DNA of 64,000 bases from a virus, in IMG/VR virus record IMGVR_UViG_3300034104_002622, positions 9,284-73,283 of that record. One strand, given 5' to 3'. This document shows, in pieces, positions 54,507 to 64,000 of the stretch. The notes below the pieces were generated by a model, which ran no database searches, was not told where the DNA came from, and worked only from the letters and a program-made list of their open reading frames with translations. The position numbers and the translations under genes are program-made. How positions within the stretch are numbered: position 1 is the stretch's first letter; every line of letters starts with the position of its first letter.

Positions 54507-54953
54507 TCATGGGATTAGTGTTGTTGAAGGGATGAACTTGAATGACATTCTGACTTCATCGTAGTCGCAGTTGTCGTTTGCTACGTCTTCATAGTGCCTG
54601 TTCCGCAGCCATTTCATTCGATCAAGGATTTGCTTGGCGGTTCTTGATGGGTAGATAATTTCGGGTTTGCCCCATTTGTCAAAGTAGCGTTTTTCAACCT
54701 GTATTCTCCATGGATAGTGTGGACTTTGGGTTTCGTATTTCAGATTACCTCTGGGGCGTTTTACCTCTTTTGCTTTGTAGATTTCTTCCATCCGCCTATA
54801 GGCTGCGTTTTGGTTTACGCGAACCTTTAAGCGTTCCATTAGATCAAGAAGCATCTCGTATTCAAACGAGTGTCTCCCATCTGAGTATGACGCTTCACCT
54901 TTTGTGATGAGCCATTCTAATCGCTTTATGTCTATTATTGGTTTTGTTTTCAT
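54507..54953 (-). CDS. Hypothetical protein (148 aa)
   Basis: Leftward ORF with ACAC-rich leader. Confidence 0.6.
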   Translation of the reverse strand: MKTKPIIDIKRLEWLITKGEASYSDGRHSFEYEMLLDLMERLKVRVNQNAAYRRMEEIYKAKEVKRPRGNLKYETQSPHYPWRIQVEKRYFDKWGKPEIIYPSRTAKQILDRMKWLRNRHYEDVANDNCDYDEVRMSFKFIPSTTLIP

Positions 54954-54965
54954 AGTGTGTATGTT

Positions 54966-55346
54966 TTAGTTTGGTTTCCATTCTCCATCTTGCGTTTCGC
55001 GGTAGCCGCATTCAGTCACTAAGAACTGTGCGATTTCACGCTCTCCTACGTTGTAGTTGCGGTTGCGGTCATACTGCCCATCTGTGATGAACGTCACGCC
55101 CGCGATGGCCGCTTTCTTGATTTCGTGGAAGTTGGGCGGAATCCTTCCCCCGCGATTACCCTCGACTGAGACAAACACAACGTCTTGCGCTGTGTATTCC
55201 CCTTTGTTCGCCAATGCTCCCCAAGCGAGCATGTAGGCGTGTGTCGAAGAACGAGCTGATCCCCTGCCTATGAAGCAGGTTGCGCGGTCACTCTTCGCTT
55301 GGTCTTTGGCAAGGTAAGGGCTGCTACCCTGTAGTTTCACTTTCAT
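54966..55346 (-). CDS. Hypothetical protein, possibly SLOG-like nucleotide-binding fold
   Basis: FIGRG...VVFVS.EG.R...FITD...YNVGERE; fold assignment is tentative. Confidence 0.5.
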   Translation of the reverse strand: MKVKLQGSSPYLAKDQAKSDRATCFIGRGSARSSTHAYMLAWGALANKGEYTAQDVVFVSVEGNRGGRIPPNFHEIKKAAIAGVTFITDGQYDRNRNYNVGEREIAQFLVTECGYRETQDGEWKPN

Positions 55347-55411
55347 GGTGTGTTTATGTTTTATTGGACCAAACACGGGTTAGTCCTTTCCCGTCTTGAC
55401 GCACTCGCGTC

Positions 55412-55924
55412 TTAAAATGTAATTGCTTCAAATCGGTCGTCTAAATGGGTTTGAAGCAACGCTTCAATCTCACACCATTCAAGTTCACCCGCTCCGCATC
55501 CGGGGCGTGGGAGCACAATGCGTTGCCAGCGGAACTTATCTGCCATTTCGACAAGCTGCTTTGCTGATTCGGTGATGATTTCATGCTTAGCTTTACAAGC
55601 CCATCCCGGTATTTTTTCGCCAACCTTGAATTTGGATGCCATGTGTCCAACCGCATTACTACCATCAAACACTCCGAAGATTGGTTTGACGGGGAAGGCG
55701 ACAAGACAGCACGATTCCGTTGCCTTTCCAATGATCATGGCTCTATTTCCATGCTTGGCTATTAGTTGGCCGTATTTGAACTGGATTCCCGGCCAGCGCT
55801 TGACTGCTTCTGCCGCGCATCCTCTTCCCATTACGCACGATCCATCCGACTTCGTAAAGCCGTTGGTGGTGATGCAGATTGCATCGCATTCCTGATCGAA
55901 CAGGTTTCCTTTAATGTTTTTCAT
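55412..55924 (-). CDS. Macrodomain protein (ADP-ribose binding/hydrolase)
   Basis: GNLF...ITTNG...VMGRGCA...FPVK...LPRPGCGAGELEW. Confidence 0.85.
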   Translation of the reverse strand: MKNIKGNLFDQECDAICITTNGFTKSDGSCVMGRGCAAEAVKRWPGIQFKYGQLIAKHGNRAMIIGKATESCCLVAFPVKPIFGVFDGSNAVGHMASKFKVGEKIPGWACKAKHEIITESAKQLVEMADKFRWQRIVLPRPGCGAGELEWCEIEALLQTHLDDRFEAITF

Positions 55925-56001
55925 AGTGTGTTTTAGTCAGGCTAAATGCACGTAGCCTTTTCGTGTTTGACCTTTCGGTCGGAGAATCTTATACGTTCAT
56001 C

Positions 56002-56529
56002 ATGTCCGATGAACAACCACCCACTCAATCGTCTCAGGATGCCCCACAAGCGGCTCCTGAAATGCTTCTGTCACGTATGCCTCACAAGAAGGTAAGGGAC
56101 TCTGACTGGCCTGTCATACGCTCTCTTGCTGAGAAGGGCGTAACCTATGGAGAGCTCGCTAAGAACTATGGTGTCACCGCCCAACTCATTCGCGCTCGCT
56201 CCTGTAAAGAGAAATGGCTTACGAAACAGCGTTTAGCCATGACTAAAAACGAGACTATCGCTTCCGATCCTGCCACTGCCGCTGTATTAGGCTTGTGGGA
56301 GACAAGGCAACAAGACGCTCGTGAACAAGTGTATCAAGGCGCTCAGAAAGCTCTCGCTCGCTTTTTCGCTATGTCACCTGTCCCACAAACTTTTGCTGAA
56401 GCCGCAACCGCTAATAAGCTAATGAAGGACGCAATTGATCCCTCAGGCTCCACTCCCTCCAACGGCTCCACAACCGTAAACATCCTTGCAACTCAAGGCT
56501 TTTCACCTCGCCCGACCATCGACATCTAA
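56002..56529 (+). CDS. terS: Putative terminase small subunit
   Basis: DW..IR...G....ELAK.YGV....IR.R...EKW HTH; TTGACC-17bp-TATACG upstream (55967-55995). Confidence 0.65.
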   Translation: MSDEQPPTQSSQDAPQAAPEMLLSRMPHKKVRDSDWPVIRSLAEKGVTYGELAKNYGVTAQLIRARSCKEKWLTKQRLAMTKNETIASDPATAAVLGLWETRQQDAREQVYQGAQKALARFFAMSPVPQTFAEAATANKLMKDAIDPSGSTPSNGSTTVNILATQGFSPRPTIDI

Positions 56530-57019
56530 TCCTTAGTAATCCACTCAAGTTACTTTTTTAACTTTTATGCTTTACTTTTTTCTCCACTCCTCCTTAAAAT
56601 CGAAGAGAGGAAGACAGTGAATAGAATATGTAGCCAAACCTCAGATTTAGCCCATTCCTAAACCCTACGCTCACCATTCCCCAAAATGAGCCCAAATCAC
56701 CCCAAAGGAGCCCTAAAGACCCCCAAATCAACCCTAAAGGCATCTCTGAGAGATAAAAGCTCACAAAAGAATGATCTCTGAGGTATAAAAGCTCTTAAAG
56801 CTCTCCGTATGAGAGGGATAAAGCGGTTAGAAGCTTCAGATAAGGTAACAAAGTTTGATTGTTATTATCTTAATAAAGCATCAAGCGAAGCCCACAACGG
56901 AGATTAAATACAATAAGACCACAATCGCCGAAGGCAACCCAACGATTGAGTGCGGAAAAACAATCTGCCGGTATGATGGGGATGGGAAGTGAGAGGTTTC
57001 TCTAACTCCCGAATAAGAG

Positions 57020-57496
57020 CCACCGATCAGTTACGACCGATGGCTCTGGGTTCGAGTGTTAGAGTTATTAGTCAGGATCAATTCCTGACCATGTTTTCTT
57101 ATAGTAGAAGGCTTCATCGTCTATATCGTCAAAGCCGAGCGCTTCCTTTTCCATCGTGCTATAAATAAGCGATGATTCCAGGTTTAACCCTTCGCTAACG
57201 CCAGTGAAGAAAACTAACGATCCCCTCAACTTAATGAGGTAAGACTCGTCAATCTTCTGATCGAATACATCGCGCTTTGTTTCAAGATCGCTGATGTCAT
57301 TTTCTATTTCTTCAATCCATTCGAATACGATGGTTTGGAGGGTTTCTAGTTGCTGCATTGTTTTCATATGTGTATTCCTCTTCCTGAGGGCTCAGTGGAG
57401 ACCAGCGAGCTGGGAAGATGCCTGTTGTGCGGTCAGGCTCCGCAAATGAAAACCACCGATCATTCACGACCGATGGCTCTGGGTTCGAGCGTTAGA
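57020..57496 (-). repeat. Duplicated 44-bp hairpin/terminator-like element (57020-57063 and 57453-57496)
   Basis: CCACCGATCA..(T/C)ACGACCGATGGCTCTGGGTTCGAG(T/C)GTTAGA; each copy lies at the stop of a leftward gene. Confidence 0.7.
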
Positions 57497-58177
57497 CCCT
57501 ATCGTAGAGGGACAGGAATTCACGAATGGTTCTGGTGTAGGTTTCCCCGTCCTCCCGGTATTTGACTCCGAGGTTCCAGTTGGCCACCCAGACCACCGTG
57601 CATCGCCTACCGCTATTTTTGGCTACATATAGCCCCGGAAAAGCCTCAACAGGCTCAGGAGCAATTGTAGCCGCCTTAGCGATTACTGACATCGCGTGGT
57701 CAACCCACGCTTCGTCATAAACAGATGGCCAAGCGCTCATGGGATAATGCTCCTTTCGATTGGAACATTTCCTTTCATCCCCGTGTCGGCCCACGCACAG
57801 AAGCGCAGGACGATCAGGCCGACGACGATCCAAAAGATCGCCACAACTATTGTTAGTATTATTCTCATACTTGTATCCAATCAATCCCGATTGGGCTGAG
57901 GACTTACGCACGGCTATACCGTGCTGCCCCAGTGGAGGGATTAGTTGATAGTTACTAATCCGTTGACCTCAAGGGCCAACAGTTCTTCATGGCTTAAGTG
58001 CCATGTTTTCCCCATGTTTGGGGGGCGACCGATCAGGGCTTCGAGCTGCTGCTCGTCCTCATCGCCGCAAAATGCGGCAATGGTTTTGTTTCCAGACTCC
58101 AGCTTGATGCCGTTTCCGGCAGGAGATGGCAGGAGCGAAGGTGCCCAGATGTTTACGTATACTTCTACTTTCTTCAT
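57068..58177 (-). CDS. Four small leftward genes between terS and terL (57068-57367, 57492-57740, 57737-57868, 57941-58177)
   Basis: Short ORFs with ACAC-rich leaders; 57737-57868 encodes a single-TM peptide. Confidence 0.5.
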
Positions 58178-58407
58178 ATGTGTGTCTTTCTATACAGCCT
58201 CGATATCCTGCGAGGAGTCAGGCCAGCGCGTTCAACGCTGGGAAAGTGTTTAGATACAAACATAATTGTTTAGGCAGTGCTCTACGTTGGTGTAGGAGCA
58301 GTGCAAGGTGGTATCACTACATGAGGCTATCACTACCGAGGGGCCACGGGGGGGGTAGGCGCTGACCAACTCGTTTCACTCAACGCACATGACTGAAAGG
58401 GTTCTTC

Positions 58408-58488
58408 GTGAGGAAAAAAAATAAAACTTCGTGGGGAAAAAAATAAAACCAAGTGAGGAAAAAATAAAATTTTGCGGGGAAAATAAAG
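58408..58488 (+). repeat. Four phased G(T/C)GRGG-A(n)-TAAA repeats
   Basis: Starts at 58408, 58431, 58453, 58474 (21-23 bp period); G8 tract at 58348-58355. Confidence 0.75.
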
Positions 58489-58491
58489 TGT

Positions 58492-58521
58492 TTGACGGCG
58501 AGTGTTGTGGGTTGGTATATG
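58492..58521 (+). promoter_or_regulatory. Sigma70-like promoter for tRNA/terL
   Basis: TTGACG-18bp-TATATG with a TGn extension. Confidence 0.4.
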
Positions 58522-58526
58522 GTTTT

Positions 58527-58600
58527 AGCGCGGTGTTGAAAAGGTATCATGCGAGCCTCATAAGCTTGAGTTACGAGTTCGATTCTCGTCTGCGCAACCA
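58527..58600 (+). tRNA. tRNA with CAT anticodon (Met/fMet-like)
   Basis: Cloverleaf; CGAGC-CTCATAA-GCTTG anticodon arm; TTCGATT T-loop; encoded CCA; A1:A72 mismatch. Confidence 0.88.
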
Positions 58601-58609
58601 ATTTAAATT

Positions 58610-60388
58610 ATGAGTGTTAATGGTAATGCTGTGAGGGGGCCTGTTGTTTGTGGGATGGAGTTTCCGGTGGGGAGTTCGGAGATAGATGCTAATTTGTGGA
58701 TGTTTTCGAGGGGAGAGATAAGTCCTAATCAGAGATTTGATTGTTTTAAGAGGGCGGTTGATTTGGCGTTCAACTGTGAGGGGAGTATTAGGGAGGTTGT
58801 GTGGAATGAGTGGACTGAGTGGATTGTGAGGGAGTTGATAGGGGATTGGTCGAATCATCAGTTTCTTAGTCTTGCTGGTTGTTCTTCGTCGGGGAAGAGT
58901 GATGCGGTTGCCTTGTATGGCTTGATGAGTTATTGGAGTCGGCCGACGGACACTTACTTTATTGTAATGAGCACGACAAAGTTGTCGGCGCGGGGGCGGA
59001 TATGGAAGAGTATCAATCAGTTTTGGAGTCAGGCTGTTGAGAAAGGATGTCCGGGCAAGCTGATTGATTCGGATGGATACATTAAGGGGATTAACGCCAA
59101 GGGGCAGTTAACGAGGAATAGTGGTATCATTTTGATGGCGGCTGGGGGAACAGAGGCGGCAACGGCTTGTAAGGACTTGCAGGGCTTAAAAAATCCTAAC
59201 TTCTTGGTTGCGGCGGATGAGTTTGCTTACTTGGGTGAGGGGATATTGAGAACATCTAGACAGAACCTTACGTCGAATGAGCGGCTAACCTTTTGTGGGA
59301 TGAGTAACCCGGATAGGATTAGTGATTCTTTTGGGGATTTGAGTGAGCCAGAAAATGGCTGGAAGTCGATTACAGAGGAAGATGAGAGTTGGAAGACGAA
59401 GTATGGAAGGTGTATTCGGTTGAATGCTGAAAAGAGTCCAAGGATTATGAATCCTGACTTGGTTGATGAGAGGGGTAGGCATAAGTATTTCTGGCAACCC
59501 AATCAAGAATTGTGCGATTTGGTTGCGGAGGAGCGGGGCGGCAAGGATTCTCGTGGTTATTACCAGTTCATTAAAGCTTTCTGGTGTCCTGACGGTGCAA
59601 CAAATTCCATTTATTCAGAGCTAGAGTTCTTGAATCATGGGGTATTAGATCAAGATGAGCCTGCATGGGATGACAGGCCAATAGTTTTGACGGCTTTGGA
59701 TGAGAGCTTTTCTAGGGAAGGGGATAGGTCATTCTGTGCTTTTGCTCGATTAGGCAAGGTTAACAGTGTTGACCATTTGCATTTTTGTTATGAGGGCGCT
59801 TTAGAAGAAGACGTAAACAACAAAGAAACACCGCATACATTCCAGATTGTAGATCAATGGATGAAGCTGGCGGGGGATTTTGGAGTTAATCCAAACCACG
59901 CTATTATGGACAACACTGGTGGAGGTCAGGCATTTGGCCACATTGTAGATAAGCTATGGAGTCCAGCCGTTCAGAAAGTCAACTTTCAAGGAAAAGCTAG
60001 TGACAGAACAGTTGTGTTTCGAGAGCAGAACACGCCTTTCTACAACAAGAATAGTGAATTGTGGATACAGCCAAAGGAGTTTATTCGAGGTAGACAGATT
60101 AGTGGATTGTCCAAAGAAACAATGGCCGAGTTAATTGAACGTGAGTATCACAAAAAAGAAATAAAGGCACTAAGGGTTGAAAGCAAAGAAGAAGCAAAGA
60201 AAAGACTCAAAAGAAGTCCTGACCGCGCTGACGTATTCAATATGCTTGTAGAAAAAGCAATTACGCTAGGGCGCTTTAATAGTTTTGAAGTCAAGCAAGT
60301 TGCGCGTATGGTGAATAATGGGTGGGCTAAAGCAGGAGCAACAAGAGCTCTCGGAAGTTCATGTGGTAGGAAAATGAGAATTGGATAA
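58610..60388 (+). CDS. terL: Terminase large subunit
   Basis: Walker A GCSSSGKS; Walker B VAADE; MSNP; nuclease motifs ALD...GD, D.TGGG and SPDRAD. Confidence 0.93.
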   Translation: MSVNGNAVRGPVVCGMEFPVGSSEIDANLWMFSRGEISPNQRFDCFKRAVDLAFNCEGSIREVVWNEWTEWIVRELIGDWSNHQFLSLAGCSSSGKSDAVALYGLMSYWSRPTDTYFIVMSTTKLSARGRIWKSINQFWSQAVEKGCPGKLIDSDGYIKGINAKGQLTRNSGIILMAAGGTEAATACKDLQGLKNPNFLVAADEFAYLGEGILRTSRQNLTSNERLTFCGMSNPDRISDSFGDLSEPENGWKSITEEDESWKTKYGRCIRLNAEKSPRIMNPDLVDERGRHKYFWQPNQELCDLVAEERGGKDSRGYYQFIKAFWCPDGATNSIYSELEFLNHGVLDQDEPAWDDRPIVLTALDESFSREGDRSFCAFARLGKVNSVDHLHFCYEGALEEDVNNKETPHTFQIVDQWMKLAGDFGVNPNHAIMDNTGGGQAFGHIVDKLWSPAVQKVNFQGKASDRTVVFREQNTPFYNKNSELWIQPKEFIRGRQISGLSKETMAELIEREYHKKEIKALRVESKEEAKKRLKRSPDRADVFNMLVEKAITLGRFNSFEVKQVARMVNNGWAKAGATRALGSSCGRKMRIG

Positions 60389-60502
60389 AGATATTCTTGA
60401 CAACTTGGTTGAATTAAGAGATTCAATCAGCAACTTACTAATTTTGATTTAGGAAATATGTTCTAAGAACATCTGGCAGGTAAATTAAATTCAACAAGAA
60501 AA

Positions 60503-62839
60503 ATGGCTCTATTTTCAGATACGGAACAAGCTTTGGACGATCTCAAGTTGCTTGATGACGAAACACTAGAAGCGCCACCAGAAAGAATAAGCACTCCTGA
60601 AGCTGCTCGTGGAATCTTTAGGAAGATGGAATCTGATGATGAATCAGGTTCCTTTAATCGCTCGTTGGTTCAGGGCTTAATGGATTTCATTCCTCCGCAT
60701 GATGAAGAAGAGCTAGAGAACAAAGGGCAGTCTGATAGGTTCAATATTACTACAGGGGAAGGACCGGCAATCAAGAACGAAGCTGTTTCAGCCTATCTTG
60801 ATATTTACGCCAATCCAAAAACTCTGGCGGAAATTCCTCTTTCAAAAGAAATAGATGAGAACTACGCTGATACGTGGTCTCAAATTATGGCTGAAGAGTT
60901 TACTACGATGGATCGTAGCGATGACAAAAGCCTTCCGTTGCATTTGCAGTTATCAGACACTTATGTCACTCATGGAGTTGGAGTTGCTTTCTTTGACGAT
61001 AAGCAAACGATGCAATACTCAGTAGCTGGACTTGATAAATTCAAATTTCCAAGAAGCACTGGTATTGTTTCAAGTGGCGTTGAGGTTGCAGCAGCTTCAG
61101 GAACAATGACTGTAACTGATTTGTATGGGAAAATTGGAGAAGGCGCTCTTGATGGATGGAATGAAAAAGCCGTAAAAAGGGCTATTGTTAACACTACATC
61201 CAAAATCAAAAGCCAGACATGGGGTAACTGGGAGCAAGTCCAGCGAGACATTAAATCTAATGAGGTTTATGTTTCCACTGTGGCTGAACCAGTCGAAGTT
61301 ATTTTCCTTTGGGTAAAAGAATTTAATGGAAAAATTAGTTTTTACATTACCACATTAGACGCTGCTGAAGGAGGAAAGGGCAAAGAAGAATTTTTGTTTA
61401 AGCAACGTGATTTCTACGATTCCGTTGACGAGGCTTTTCAGCTTTTCACCTTTAATGTCGGCAATGGTGGACTTTTGTATACAGTTCGTGGTCTTGGTTA
61501 TCTCATTTACCAGCTTTGCACTGCAATGGATGTAATGCACTGTAAGCTTCTGGACAATGCTAGGATTGGATCATCGCTTATTGTTCAACCTTCAAGCGTT
61601 GAAGACCTTCAGGATTCTCAATTGATTGATGCTGGCGGCTTTATTTGTCTACCTCCAACAATGAAGATTCCAGAGCGGCAGATGAGCCAGAACTTGAACA
61701 ACTCATTGATTCCTGCAATTGAAGAAAGCCGAAGGATTTTGAATCGCGCCACTGGTGGTTTGGCTTCTGGTAACATGGTAATGAATCCAGAGCAAGATCG
61801 CAGAACGAAGCTAGAAGTGAGTTCGCAGCTAGATTACATTAACAAGCTGAACAGTTTTGCAATCAATCTTTTTTATGGCCCGTATGATAAGATCATGAGG
61901 GAGAAAGTTAAACGTGCTTTCACTGTCAGGCAGAAAGACAAGCAAGCTAGGAAGCGAGTTAATGAAATGAAAGCTCGGTGTGTTGCTCGTGGTGTTCCTG
62001 CTGACATCTTTAGTCAGATTGATTTCAAGCGAGTTAAAGCAACTCGGATTATTGGAACAGGTTCTCGTGCAAGTCGAATCATGTTGCTTGACCAAGTTCA
62101 GCAACTCTACTCTACATTTGATGCAGTTGGTCGTTCCAACTTTGAATATGATTACCTTGTTGAGCTTTTAGGAGTTGATAAGGCGGAGCGATACACAGGG
62201 AAACCAAATGAGAAGCGCCTTCCTTACGACTTCAAGATTGCAGAGCTTGAAAATATGGAGCTTCTTGAGAGTGATTACATTGCTCCTACGGATGGAGAGA
62301 ATCATATGGTGCATCTATCTGCTCACATTCCGGCTCTTGAAGCAGGTTTGGAAGGCGTTGAAACTGGTGAAGTTGATCTGATCGAATGGACAATGAAGTA
62401 TCAAATGCTCTACAAGCATTGCGTTGACACATTGGCAGTTACTACTGTCTATAAGGGTATTCAACCTGAATTGAACAAGTATCAAGAACTGGTTCAGCAA
62501 ATTGGCGAGATTGTCGTAAATGGCATGAAAGCAATGGAGAAAAAGGTTAGAGACGGTGAAATGGAAGATCCACAGAAAGCTCAAGATGGAATGAGTCCAG
62601 AGGATACAGCTCTACAAGCCCAAGCAAAAGCAACGCAAGCAAAGCTTCAAGAAAAGGATATGCTTCATAAGCAAAAACTCCAACAAATGATGGAGGCTCA
62701 TGTAGCCAAGCTTCAGATGATTAAAGAGATAGGGGCTCAGACGCAAGTTCAAGCAGCTCAAAAAGCAATGTCTTCAATCATTACAAGAGACGCTGAGACA
62801 CAAGCAAAAATGACTCGTCTTAAGTCCACGCAAATTTAG
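60503..62839 (+). CDS. Portal protein
   Basis: 778 aa directly after terL; HGVG...RGLG...T..EV pattern; Gln-rich C-terminal tail. Confidence 0.8.
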   Translation: MALFSDTEQALDDLKLLDDETLEAPPERISTPEAARGIFRKMESDDESGSFNRSLVQGLMDFIPPHDEEELENKGQSDRFNITTGEGPAIKNEAVSAYLDIYANPKTLAEIPLSKEIDENYADTWSQIMAEEFTTMDRSDDKSLPLHLQLSDTYVTHGVGVAFFDDKQTMQYSVAGLDKFKFPRSTGIVSSGVEVAAASGTMTVTDLYGKIGEGALDGWNEKAVKRAIVNTTSKIKSQTWGNWEQVQRDIKSNEVYVSTVAEPVEVIFLWVKEFNGKISFYITTLDAAEGGKGKEEFLFKQRDFYDSVDEAFQLFTFNVGNGGLLYTVRGLGYLIYQLCTAMDVMHCKLLDNARIGSSLIVQPSSVEDLQDSQLIDAGGFICLPPTMKIPERQMSQNLNNSLIPAIEESRRILNRATGGLASGNMVMNPEQDRRTKLEVSSQLDYINKLNSFAINLFYGPYDKIMREKVKRAFTVRQKDKQARKRVNEMKARCVARGVPADIFSQIDFKRVKATRIIGTGSRASRIMLLDQVQQLYSTFDAVGRSNFEYDYLVELLGVDKAERYTGKPNEKRLPYDFKIAELENMELLESDYIAPTDGENHMVHLSAHIPALEAGLEGVETGEVDLIEWTMKYQMLYKHCVDTLAVTTVYKGIQPELNKYQELVQQIGEIVVNGMKAMEKKVRDGEMEDPQKAQDGMSPEDTALQAQAKATQAKLQEKDMLHKQKLQQMMEAHVAKLQMIKEIGAQTQVQAAQKAMSSIITRDAETQAKMTRLKSTQI

Positions 62840-62851
62840 TCCTGACTAAAA

Positions 62852-63106
62852 ATGAATCTTACATTTACTGAAATCGAAAAAGAGCAACTAGCTCATTTAT
62901 TTAATTCTCCGCTACTGCATCGTGGCATTCAACTTTCTCTTATGGAGATTGGTAGGAAAAAGTCTGGTTCAGAAACCATTGAGCAATCTGCCTTGGCTTT
63001 CCATTATCAAGAAGGCGCTCGTGATGTAATTGCAACTCTATTTGGATATGCGGATATAAAGGCGAACCCGCAAGTCCTGCCTAAAAGATTGATCCATCGC
63101 CAGTAA
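62852..63106 (+). CDS. Small conserved-position protein after portal
   Basis: 84 aa; YQEGA pattern; lies between portal and scaffold. Confidence 0.6.
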   Translation: MNLTFTEIEKEQLAHLFNSPLLHRGIQLSLMEIGRKKSGSETIEQSALAFHYQEGARDVIATLFGYADIKANPQVLPKRLIHRQ

Positions 63107-63121
63107 AACAAAGAAAACACA

Positions 63122-64000
63122 ATGTCAGCAACAACAGAAAAAACGTCGGAAGAAATTATGACCGGAGGCCAGAAATGGGCTGATCCAAGTATTGGAGGAA
63201 TCAATGATGCTTTTGAAAAGCTCTTTGATAAGCAGGAAGGCAATGCTGCGTCCTCAGAACCGCTTGAGAAGGAGGCAGCTCCTGCGCCTACGAAGACTCA
63301 AGAGAAGGAAGCAAAGCCCTCTAGCGAAGTCGTGGAAGACAAGAAAGAGGCAAAGGAAAACGATATTAAGTTTGATGACGATTTCCTAGAGGCAGAAACC
63401 CCTCCGGTTAAAGAGAAGACTGAAGAAAAAGTTGGTTTTGACGAAGAATCATTTGATAAAGAAACAGATGAGGCTGTGCAGGGCATGGAAGCTAAGGCTG
63501 GCGACAAGTTCAAAGCTTTGCGTAATGAGCTTAAAGAAGCCAAGCAGAATACAATAAGCCCAGAAGTTCAACAAAAACTAAGTGACTTGGAGCTAAAAGC
63601 TTCGGAGGCTGAAGGTTTGAGACAGCAAATTGCTGAACTTTCTAACCAAAGCGCAAAAATTAAAGTTGAAACATCTGAAGAATTCAAAAGGGAAATCAGA
63701 AAGCCTGTTGATGATCTTTATGATAAGAGCGAAGAGCTCGCTAAATTGTATGAAGGTGATCCCCAAGTGCTGTGGTCTATTATTTCTGAGGGTGATCGCA
63801 AGAAGCAAAATGAACTAATCAAGGAACATCTTAGTGAGTTTTCAGATTATGATAAGTCTGAAGTTTATCGCATTAGCCAAGACCTTACAAGACTTCTTGG
63901 TAAGCGTCAGGAAATGCTTCAAGATGCTGAAAAATACATTCAGAAGATTGAAGCTGACCGTGTAATGCAAACTGAAAAAGCATTGGGAGAAAACAGGAAG
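63122..64000 (+). CDS. Putative capsid scaffolding protein (3'-truncated by window)
   Basis: ATG at 63122, open to the window end; Glu/Lys-rich, coiled-coil; follows portal. Confidence 0.65.
   Translation, partial: MSATTEKTSEEIMTGGQKWADPSIGGINDAFEKLFDKQEGNAASSEPLEKEAAPAPTKTQEKEAKPSSEVVEDKKEAKENDIKFDDDFLEAETPPVKEKTEEKVGFDEESFDKETDEAVQGMEAKAGDKFKALRNELKEAKQNTISPEVQQKLSDLELKASEAEGLRQQIAELSNQSAKIKVETSEEFKREIRKPVDDLYDKSEELAKLYEGDPQVLWSIISEGDRKKQNELIKEHLSEFSDYDKSEVYRISQDLTRLLGKRQEMLQDAEKYIQKIEADRVMQTEKALGENRK

Larger units (their letters stand above)
6989..62850. repeat. Dispersed palindrome TTTAGY-N3/4-RCTAAA (at least 15 exact and 6 near copies)
   Basis: Exact copies start at 6989, 8960, 12890, 20063, 22494, 32059, 34683, 36511, 39784, 49751, 53739, 54329, 55932, 56232, 62835. 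One-mismatch copies near 10652, 12161, 16388, 23617, 26827, 42036. Confidence 0.85.

Noticed and set aside
55365-55415. Possible extra attC (TAGTCCTTTCCCGTC shared with site 2)
   Set aside because: Only a short match with no paired R''/R' boxes or L arms
1-64000. Diversity-generating retroelement or retron
   Set aside because: No reverse transcriptase motifs recognised and no repeat pair differing only at adenines was seen
1-64000. Stop-codon reassignment
   Set aside because: Long genes are intact under the standard code and TAG, TGA and TAA all end genes; the single TAG at 48576 is better explained as decay

Overview
This is 64 kb of a tailed dsDNA phage genome (standard genetic code). Rightward genes encode virion proteins: tail-like genes and three ejection-type proteins including a 5353-aa giant (1-23.6 kb), then TerS, tRNA(CAU), TerL, portal and scaffold (56-64 kb). 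A long leftward arm (23.6-55.9 kb) carries early and replication genes: RNA ligase, MazG-like, T7 gp4-like primase-helicase, DUF932-like, ERF, SSB-like proteins, PD-(D/E)XK nuclease, HNH nucleases, a macrodomain protein, a tmRNA and structured non-coding blocks. The standout is three arrays totalling 16 integron attC-like sites (36.5-37.4, 43.2-45.7, 47.7-48.4 kb) with no integrase in the window. The R' box of each site is complementary to the R'' box of the next (11 of 13 pairs perfect). All cassette genes are inverted and often start inside the attC loop, and all 13 ORFs that cross an R' crossover point read its GTT as an in-frame AAC (Asn) codon. This suggests a frame-preserving gene-shuffling system in a phage. 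Other signals: five C-GAA-G triloop hairpins resembling N4-type virion RNAP promoters, and at least 15 exact copies of a dispersed TTTAGY-N3/4-RCTAAA palindrome. All product calls come from motif recognition by eye; no searches were run.
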